Source of the DNA: Balanoglossus misakiensis
Lineage: Eukaryota; Animalia; Hemichordata
NCBI GenBank assembly: GCA_040954595.2
Contig: CM082580.2
Span: 1,230,783-1,294,782, forward strand
Direction of reading: 5' to 3'
DNA length: 64,000 bases
Below the pieces are notes generated by a model. The model saw only the letters and a list, made by a program, of their open reading frames with translations. It did not search any database and was not told the DNA's origin. Position 1 is the first letter of the stretch. Every line of letters begins with the position of its first letter. Made by a program: the position numbers and the translations under genes. Below, piece after piece: positions 55,520 through 64,000 of the stretch.

Positions 55520-55618
55520 CTTGAAAATCGCAAAGTCTTCATATCGTCAAATAACTGCAATGCAGTACTCAGACCTTCAGAAATCATACCGTATTTCTCA
55601 CCTGCTCCTGACAAAAAT
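55520..55618 (-). pseudogene. MED25: MED25 VWA-domain exon, isolated
   Basis: gtatttcag| ... aag|gtaatt; 99 bp, phase 2-2; [32 protein letters not shown] versus recalled human [32 protein letters not shown]. Confidence 0.92.
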
Positions 55619-55782
55619 CTGAAATACAACACAGTACAATTATTTAACAAAAGGTGTATGTAAACAATGTCTACTCTGATTGTAGACAGATTTGATTAAA
55701 CATTTTATGAAACATTTAAAGGTAGGAACCTCTAATAAAAGCCAGTGAGTCAAAGGACAAAACTGAGACTTTGTCCCTTTAA

Positions 55783-55867
55783 CCCTTTCACCCCCAGTTC
55801 CTTCTATACAGGTCGAACCTTTTCATAGATAACAATGGGTTTAGACTGAACCTTGGTTGTGAAAGGG
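55783..55867. mobile_element. Short piggyBac-like MITE
   Basis: TTAA|ccctttcac ... gtgaaaggg|TTAA; a partial relative lies at ~34740-34802. Confidence 0.7.
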
Positions 55868-56408
55868 TTAATGGGCTTCAATAATGAGTTTTCTTTAAAA
55901 TAAGAGGGTGTTACTTAAGGGTTATTACACTAAGTTTGGTCGATAACGCGTCATATTTGAGTGATAGTATGCCAAACTTGCATGGTATGTACAGCGTGAT
56001 TACTGCACACAAACATCCCTCTGCAATACACAAACACCATCCAACTTAAAATCAAATGCCTAACAAGTAGCTATTTGATATTTTGTGAATCGGTTTTATT
56101 CTATTCATATTATATTATTTTATATGTGATGTTGATTAACTTGCATTTTTGTCAGAATAGAGTGGTATACATACAAGGTCTTTCTAATGTCAGGTGTCTA
56201 TAAAAAGATAAGCCTGTTGCATCATTGTATAAGTGGTATAAGTCCATGGTGCCAGTAAGAATTGGGGTAGGTCTTGTAATTGGAACAGTGCATGGGGGGG
56301 GCTGTTATGTGCACAGTATATGTTGTTGCAGACATTTGAATGAAATATGAAATAGCAAGAAATAGTGGGTGCATTTGTGCGACTCAATTTGTTACTATTA
56401 TTTTGCAG

Positions 56409-57593
56409 AAGCTGAGAAAACACGCCAGTGCTGTGTACACACCTGTGCATCAAAAGGCTTCTCTGAGGATAGTCATTACACGCCCAAACGAGGGTAAATC
56501 ATTCCCAGGGCAAACTATGTAAGTGTCAGTTCTTCATGTAAGCACGCCATCGCTCACACTTCTGCATCCCCCCAGTCCACGTCAGTATATACATGCATAA
56601 TACACCCCTTCTCTTTAGTACCTCATGTTATCCCATGCTTGCATTTTAATACACAGTTTAATTAGGTAAATTTGTTGCTTTTAACAGGGAAACATTTTTT
56701 TTCTCAATGAATTTGTTGACATAGGTCATGTTTATTCTGAATGCAATCATTTAGCCTTCTCTTTGTAAGTAAGTGGGGATTGAATTTTGTGAGTACTAAA
56801 TGACTTTCACACCAATGTAATAATTATTGGTACTCTTTTTAATTTCAATCAGGTGATTCTAGACGAGGGCGAGCCTCTGCCACTGCAATATGAACGGCTT
56901 TCCAACTCCAACGTAGCGATTCCATCTGCCTGGTTGAGCATAACTTTAGGTAGATGCAAGAACAAGCCGCCATCTTACGTCATAAAAAAGCTGATGGATG
57001 GGTTGTTTAAAACCCGAACAACTGAGCGGGAAGAATACCAGCGCATTTATTGGAACACCCTACCAGCATGTTGTAACGGCACTGACTTGTAAGTAAAAGG
57101 TTTCTTTAAAATGTCGAAATGATTGTATTCTATGATAATGACATTTTTTGCATGTCCCTGGAGTGAAATTCTTTGATTGGCTATCCCATATTCACTGGAT
57201 TCAAAATAAATATCATTATAATGGTGCATCTCATCCTTATACATTTCATTTTATTTGTTCTGACCATCTACTACAAATACACTCGATGAAATTTATCAGT
57301 TAGGTCAACAGTTTTTGTACCTGAATGATATTAAGTTTTTTTCCTGAATTTTAGTTGAATTGTGTGACTTCCGGTTGGTGGAAATTACTCGTATTGGGCA
57401 ACTGCATATGTAACAATTATGCTTGGCAATCTTCTCCTTATTACTGCATGGTGTAACTGATATGTGTTTATTCTTCTCTTTTTCAGTATTTGGTGTCAAC
57501 AAACTGAAGATGTCAACAAAAGAGCTGATCCATGCATTCAACGCGAAATGCGCCACATGCAAACGGGCTGTCTTAAATAAAAACAGAGTGTAG
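56409..57593 (+). pseudogene. Three-exon BEN-domain-like gene fragment (56409-56518, 56853-57088, 57487-57593)
   Basis: Canonical ag/gtaagt sites with compatible phases; ..PPSYVIKKLMDGLFK/PEQLSGKN..VVTALT-LFGVNKLKMSTKELIHAFNAKCATCKR..*; one stop and one +1 frameshift. Confidence 0.6.
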
Positions 57594-57825
57594 TAGAGTA
57601 GGAAGTTTGTAGTGTAGTTTTTTATATTGGAAAAAAATTGTAGAGTAGCAAGTTTGTAGTGTAGTTTTTTTTATATTGAAAAAAAATTAGAGTAGCAAGT
57701 TGTTTGTAGTGTAGTTTTTTATATTGGAAAAACATTTTTTGCAGAGGAGCAAGTTGTGGTGTTTATATTTGTAGTGTAGCTTTTTTATTTTTTGAAAACC
57801 AATTTTTGTAGTGTGTAGTTTTACC
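57590..57825. repeat. Degenerate ~48-bp minisatellite
   Basis: tagagtagcaagtttgtagtgtagttttttatattggaaaaaaat is repeated 4-5 times. Confidence 0.8.
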
Positions 57826-57964
57826 ATGTTGATTTTTTAGATTTCTTAACCCTGTGATTAAAATAGATTTTTTTTTAAATAAAAACTGTTAATTATAGTT
57901 TGCTTGTCTCTGAGGTTTTATGGGGGGTGGGGGTGGGTGGTTCAATGGTACCCCTAGTTAATTG

Positions 57965-58231
57965 TCTTGCTGCAAACTCACTGCAATGTTCAAATTTTCA
58001 AGGTGGCAATCTTGATTGCTGTGAACTCACTGCAGTATTCAAATTCCTGTGAACTCACTGCAGTATTCAAAATCTTGTTGCTGGAAGTTTGCAACAAATT
58101 TGCAAGTCCCCTAATTTGCATGGTAAAATCAGGACTGTTTGCCACTTTGCAGCAGCAGTTTGCAGTGAGTTCGCAGAATCCTGCTGCAGATTTGCGGGAG
58201 GAGTTTGCAGCAGGCCCTTTTTTCGTAAGGG
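57965..58231. mobile_element. CACTA/EnSpm-like terminus with subterminal repeats
   Basis: Ends in ttttcgtaaggg (CCC-type terminus); aactcactgca/tgcagtgagtt repeats occur in both orientations. The other end was not found. Confidence 0.5.
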
Positions 58232-58554
58232 ATGTCCATATTATGGACATCACGAGGATGCGTCACGTTATCGACCAAACTTAGTGTAATAACCCCTTTA
58301 TCATACATGAACAGTAGCCCATAGCCAAGTGTGACAGGGCGATGCGATCAGGTGATCAACGTATAGGCCGTAGTATCATTCTAAGAGGGTTGGCAGCTTT
58401 CATTATGATGGGCACATGTGATTCAGGTCCCTCCCATCTACCTTAGCTGAGCTTGGGATCGCTTCGCCAAAGTTTATATGACAAGGGTGTTAGCCCATTC
58501 CTATCACAATAGGCTAGCTATATCGTTTATATGCCTTAATGAATTAATTAATAT

Positions 58555-58615
58555 GACTGACTGACGGACTGACTGACTGACTAACTGACTGACTCACTGA
58601 ATGAATGAATGAAAG

Positions 58616-58649
<34 letters not shown>
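58555..58649. repeat. Compound microsatellite (tgac)n(tgaa)n(atca)n
   Basis: Directly visible in the sequence. Confidence 0.95.
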
Positions 58650-58650
<1 letters not shown>

Positions 58651-58913
58651 TACCCAGACATGGCATGGAGGGATTCACCTCCTGTTGAGATGTTCGCACC
58701 CCCTAGCAAATTGTCACAGGTGGGGTGGTCAGTGGCCCTTAAAATGATGTCACTCACATGATAGAGATATTAATTACATAACTCCTTTCCAGAGTGTGCT
58801 CTATTTATAGTCTGCACTATATACAGGTAAATGTGTAATGATATTTCAATAACTTTTGGAATCACAGGTCAGTAGAAAGGTTGATTGAACAAAAGGTTTT
58901 GAAATTCGTTCAC

Positions 58914-58982
58914 CTTGTATTGGAACAGCTCTTACAGACATCACAACATCATTCAACGCTAAATCTTCGTAACTTTTACATA
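58914..58982 (-). pseudogene. ELAC2: ELAC2-like internal exon (69 bp, phase 1-1)
   Basis: attaacag| ... aag|gtgaac; CKSYEDLALNDVVMSVRAVPIQ aligns without gaps to recalled human [22 protein letters not shown], an exon of the same length and phase as recalled. Confidence 0.55.
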
Positions 58983-59854
58983 CTGTTAATATAAATATAA
59001 TTATTTTTCTTTAAATTCATCCAAATATTACAATGTTTCTAGCAATTTCATAGCTGTATTATAGTTATTAAGATAATACTGTGTGTATGATATATACTTT
59101 GTGGATAGGATACAGATCTTTGCTTATTACCAAGAATATAACACCATGTGTTTGGATTTTAAATGCAGTTCGGAGCTGACTGTGTTGCATTTTGACTGCA
59201 AAATTAAAATATTTAGTTACATTTCCTTGCATTTAGTGTTGAAAATGTCACTTTCAGCTTTAAAATGAGCACTGATATCTATGGAACTAGAAGAATTGTG
59301 CTTTCTATTCTACAACATACAACATTTACATTTAATCAAACAACAGGATGATATTTGACAGTCAATCAATAAATATAACATACGTGTGAGTTGCATGTAC
59401 AAAACTAGACACATGTATGTATGTGATATTTAAAGGGACATTAACTGTTACACATGCTCTACACAGAACTCCACTTGTCAGCATAACCTGTATGTGTGTA
59501 ACGGCTATTGAAATGAATTCTAGTCCAGACTTGAATTCAAATTCACAATAACAATACTGAACAGACACACCTATATTTCATCATGATTCAGGGATCTGAA
59601 GAAGACACTGCAGTAAATACTTAAAACAAAAATACTGAAAACAAAGTGAAAAGTTACAGCTAATGAAGCTTTAACTATGTTCAGAAACAAGTAGAACAGG
59701 CAATCAAAACACATTATAAACATTGAGAAAAACACCCAAAGTTACATGTACTACCGGTATCTATGAGGGCCCGTTCTGGTCAAAATTGTAGTTTATTAAT
59801 AAAACATGTTAGAATTAATTTTACCAGTATATAGAATTATTTTTTATGTGCTTT

Positions 59855-61362
59855 AATTATTTTTTTGTAGTCATGCAGAATTAATTTTATGTGTTCTAAA
59901 TAATTATTTTAGCTTATCTTTGTTAGAAATAATTCTGCCAACATCTCGAATTATTTTTATGTGTAGACTCGAATTAATTTCACGTGTTGTGTCGAATTAA
60001 TTTCACGTTGTCAAATAATATTGCCCTTACAATCCTTTGCGCGTAAATCAAGATGGCGGCGGCTGAGCATGTCTTTCTCGCCGCATAAAGTTAAAAAAGG
60101 GGCCGTTGTACAAGTTGTGAAACGTTTTGGGGCGATTTGCTGTCCAATATAAATGCAGTGTGCTCGAAAACGGCGATCGGTCCACGAGTTTTGGTCTACA
60201 GACAGAATTTTCTAGTCAAACCACTCAAAACCACTACCAGTTGGTGTAATCGCCAGCCTTGCTATGGTATAGCCCAGCTCTGCGTACAGTGTTCTTGGCG
60301 TGGAGGCCGTGTCATGGCGGGAACACACAGACCTGTACACAGAGCAAGCTGTTGCCCCGCGTTGCCAATTCGCCTTGATTGAATAAATTTTGACATCTGA
60401 ACATACAAAAATTGTGTTAATTTGTTATTTTCAGAACTAAGAAATAGCTGTAGGGCCCAGATCCCAGGAAACGGCGAATAAAATATTCCTTAAAATTTCC
60501 TTGTAAACTCAAGTTTTGTTTAAATAAATTTAAATAAAAAAGACAAAGTCTCTCTCTACATAACCATATTTAATGATAGCTTGCATTCTAGATTTACAAC
60601 TGATAAGATAGGGTGTGGGGCATAGATAGTAAAGGGGCAGACCCCGAAGTCTCCCCCTCCTCTGTAGGCTGCATTCACAAACACCATTGGAGGGTGGGGG
60701 GGGGGGTGGGCGAGAGAATTAAAAAATTTTACCGCTAATTTTCACATGCCCCCCCCCTCCCCCCGACACAACCCGAAATATTTACAAATCACCCTTCCGA
60801 ACTGCCAAAATTTTAAACACCCTCCCCCTCCATTTTCTTTCACAGAGCAAAACACATCACCTATCTATCTTGTAAAAGATGATATTAATTCGACACTACA
60901 CCTGTAATTAATTCAAGTCTACACGTAAAAAGAATTCGATATGTTGGCAAAATTATTTCTAACAAAGATAAGCTAAAATAATTATTTAGAACACATAAAA
61001 TTAATTCTGCATGACTACAAAAAATAATTAAAAACATTGAATTCCCCCCAAAACGTCTCACAACTTGTACAACGGCCCCTTTTTCGAACTTTATGCGGCG
61101 AGAAAGACATGCTCAGCCGCCGCCATCTTGATTTAAGCGCAAAGGATTGTGGGGGCAATATTAATTTGACACAATGTAAAATTAATTCGACACAACACGT
61201 GAAATTAATTCGACAAAACACGTGATATTAATTCGACACTACACCTGAAATTAATTCGAGTCTACACGTAAAAATAATTCGAGATGTTGGCAAAATTATT
61301 TCCAACAAAGATAAGCTAAAATAATTATTTAGAACACATAAAATTAATTCTGCATGACTACA
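59855..61362. repeat. Long inverted repeat pair (~59866-60138 versus ~61041-61362) with an extra partial arm at ~60880-61035
   Basis: tgtagtcatgcagaattaatt..caagatggcggcggctgagcatg..aacgttttgggg and its reverse complement. Confidence 0.88.
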
Positions 61363-62080
61363 TGTCGGTCTCTGGCCCATGGACTATAACCAAACAATGA
61401 TAGTCCCAAATAAAGCCAAGCCATCAACTCCAATTTTGGTTTATTGGTGATGTTTTCTGCGATCATGCTGGATGCAATGCGGATATAATAAAACTACTCT
61501 GTGAAAAATATGTTTGTTTACAAATTTGTTCACCTTTGTGGGTATATTGAACAGAAAGGGTTACTCCCCTTAAACTCTCAACAAACAAACAATCTTGACA
61601 ATATTTGTAAACATACATATTTTTGTCACACATTTTTATATTAAACAAACACACACACACACTGCAAAGCAGGAGGAAGAGCTCCCTGTGGTCTTCCCAC
61701 AAACGTTGCAATCACACTGCAGTGGTCGCCTGATTCAACCAGTAAAGGTCACATGAGGTCATCAATTGTTGTCGGTTTTCTGGTTGAATATTCTCTGAAA
61801 GCACGCCTTAACATTGATATTTTGCAATTGGTGTCAATAGTAATGAACTTTAAATAATGGAGCATCACTCGGCCCCAGTTACTAAGTTGCGATAGGGCGA
61901 AATCAACAGCGGAAACTGATTGTCGATCGTCCATGTCTCAAGCTTACCTTGTTTACGGACTGAATCAGGGGACTACAGTAACGTTATCGCGATGAATGTG
62001 ATTCTACCCACACATTAAGTCGTGAAAACTATCAGTGATATCTTAAAACACACTAAATACTGTAATGTTTCAATACTCAC

Positions 62081-62326
62081 TCCGCCAAATCTGTATATAG
62101 GAATAATGATGGTGGACAGTGTGGGGGGCCTGAACCCATGACTTGCAGAAAACAGCTGGTACTTGCTCGCTCCTTGGCTTTGCATGTTTTCCGCTATTCT
62201 TTCAGAGAAATATGACACCGTCCTGGATGTGTAACAAACACTGGCCAACTAACGTCCATAGAAAAGGCGACATTGGAGTTGACGACAGAAAAAACTGGCA
62301 GATTCTCTAGCCTGCGTGTCACACAT
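62081..62326 (-). pseudogene. ELAC2: ELAC2 (RNase Z, long form) first-exon remnant
   Basis: CFLQVMGSGPPHCPPSLFLYTDLA then a phase-2 donor ga|gtgagt. This matches the recalled motif [25 protein letters not shown] and its intron position. The upstream leader from ATG 62326 has a TAG (62249-62251) and a frameshift. Confidence 0.72.
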
Positions 62327-62982
62327 GTGTTTACAACGAAGACACAGAACTGGTCAAAGGAAACGGGTCGAAGGTCAGCAACAGCGCCCTCTTGGGGTAT
62401 ATTCTGCGGAACTTTTGAAAGTTCCCGATCTCGTATCCTAAGGACGCCAGCAGAATTTCCTGCGGCATTTTAATTCTCATTCAAATATGAAAGAAACAAA
62501 ACTAACCCGGTGTGAATTAGTTGGTTTAAAGGGGAGTTGGGGCAGGGTCTTCTTTCGGTAGTTTTGACCCCCAATAAGGCCTATTTACGGAGAGGATCTC
62601 TTATTCTTCAAATTTATTAATGGAAGTCGCGTATATGGGTAAGGGACCATTCAGTTTTTACGGCCGGGTGGGGCGGCAAAATCCAGGGGGGGGGTCACTT
62701 AAATTTTGAAGTCCGAAAGTGGGGGTAATCTTTTTTTTTTAAACGTTTAGGGGGTCACATACTTTTGCCGCAAAACTTTTGCTTTGAGTCCACAAAATTG
62801 CAGTTTCGCGCCCTTAATTTTACAAGATTTTCTAATATGGGAGGGGGACACCCCATCCCACACCCACCCCTTCATTCTTCGCTACATTTCATTTATTGCC
62901 TGGTTTGTCTAGTGTACAAGGGCAGACTACTTGCCACACCACCACACCGATGCTTACTTTGAGTGGAGTGGCAAAAGTAAAA

Positions 62983-64000
62983 TGCGCAGAACACATAGAT
63001 AGGCCTATGCGCATAAGAACGTTTTCCACTAGACTCTGTGGATCGACGGATAGTTCCAAAATGCCCATGGTTGCTTCCAAACAACCTCGTTTGTTTACCG
63101 AATTCTGTTGTGAGGCACATAACACATAGATAGGCCTATGTGCATAAGAAAGTTTTCCACTAGACCTTTTAGATCGACGGATAGTTCTAAAATTTCCATG
63201 GTTGTTTCCAAACAGCCTCGTTTATTTACCGATTTCTGTTGTGAGGCGCTGAACACATAGATAGGCCTATGCGCATAAGAAAGTTTTCCACTAGACGCTG
63301 AAGATCGACGGATAGTTCTAAAATTTCCATGGTTGCTTCCAAACAGCCTCGTTTATTTACCGATTTCTGTTGTGAGGCGCAGAACACATGATAGGCCCAT
63401 GCTCATAAGAAATTTTTCCACTAGACTTTGTAGATCGAGAGATAGTTCAAAAATTTCCGTGGTTGCTTCCAAACAGCCTCGTTTGTTTACAAAATTATTT
63501 TGTGATGCGCAGAACACATAGATAGGCCTATGCGCAAAAGAACGTTTTCCACTAGACTCTGTAGATCGATGGATAGTTCTAAAATTTACATGGGTGCTTC
63601 TAAACAGCCTCGTTTATTTACCGATTTCTGTTGTGAGGCGCTGAACACATGATAGGCCTATACGCATAAGAAAGTTTTCCACTATACTCTGTAGATCGAC
63701 GGATAGTTGTAAAATTTCAATGGTTGCTTCCAAACAGCCTCGTTTATTTACCGAATTCTGTTGTGATGCGCAGAACACATGATAGGACTATGCGCATAAG
63801 AAATTTTTCCACTAGACTCTGTAGATCGACGGGTAGTTCTAAAATTTCCATAGTTGCTTCCAAACAGCCTCGTTTATTTACCGAATTCTGTTGTTAGGCG
63901 CAGAACACGTGATAGGCCTATGCGCATAAGAAAGTTTTCCACTAGACTCTGTAGATCGACGGATAGTTCTAAAATTGCCATGGTTGCTTCCAAACAGCCT
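62983..64000. repeat. 130/131-bp satellite, at least 8 copies, running off the window
   Basis: gatagg(c/a)c occurs at 62998, 63129, 63260, 63390, 63521, 63651, 63781 and 63911. Confidence 0.98.

Larger units (their letters stand above)
55918..58297. mobile_element. TIR element with TTA flanks (PIF/Harbinger-like) carrying a nested fragment
   Basis: agggttattacactaagtttggtcgataacg is inverted to cgttatcgaccaaacttagtgtaataacccct; TTA on both sides. Confidence 0.75.

Noticed and set aside
59452-59635. Further ELAC2 exons (FCVEH and VFFRSLNHDEI fragments)
   Set aside because: The similarity is weak and the lengths, phases and order do not fit without extra assumptions.

Overview
AT-rich metazoan genomic DNA; the repeat repertoire suggests a marine invertebrate (inference only). 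No intact gene is present. Satellite arrays bound the window: a 192-196-bp satellite at 1-5.4 kb, a ~900-bp macro-repeat with nested 116-bp expansions and a Helentron-type insertion at 7.8-22.1 kb, and a 130/131-bp satellite from 63 kb to the end. Between them, on the minus strand, lies a co-oriented mosaic of decayed spliceosomal exons from three unrelated gene families: ELAC2/RNase Z (two exons), MED25 (VWA exon, Q/P-rich exons, LxxLL exon, terminal exon and probable 3' UTR) and four calcium-binding EGF exons located where the MED25 ACID/PTOV exons would be expected. One intron holds an ~11-kb Academ (AcademX-type) DNA transposon with both ends intact (32-bp TIRs, TACA TSD). Its decayed ORF has transposase, XPG-like nuclease and Cys-rich domains plus an OTU-protease-like domain inside the transposase, and it is interrupted by a Tx1/L1 LINE, a TTAA MITE and other repeats. 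A BEN-domain gene fragment with a CACTA/EnSpm-like end sits inside another TIR element. All homology calls are by eye from recalled sequences and need database confirmation.
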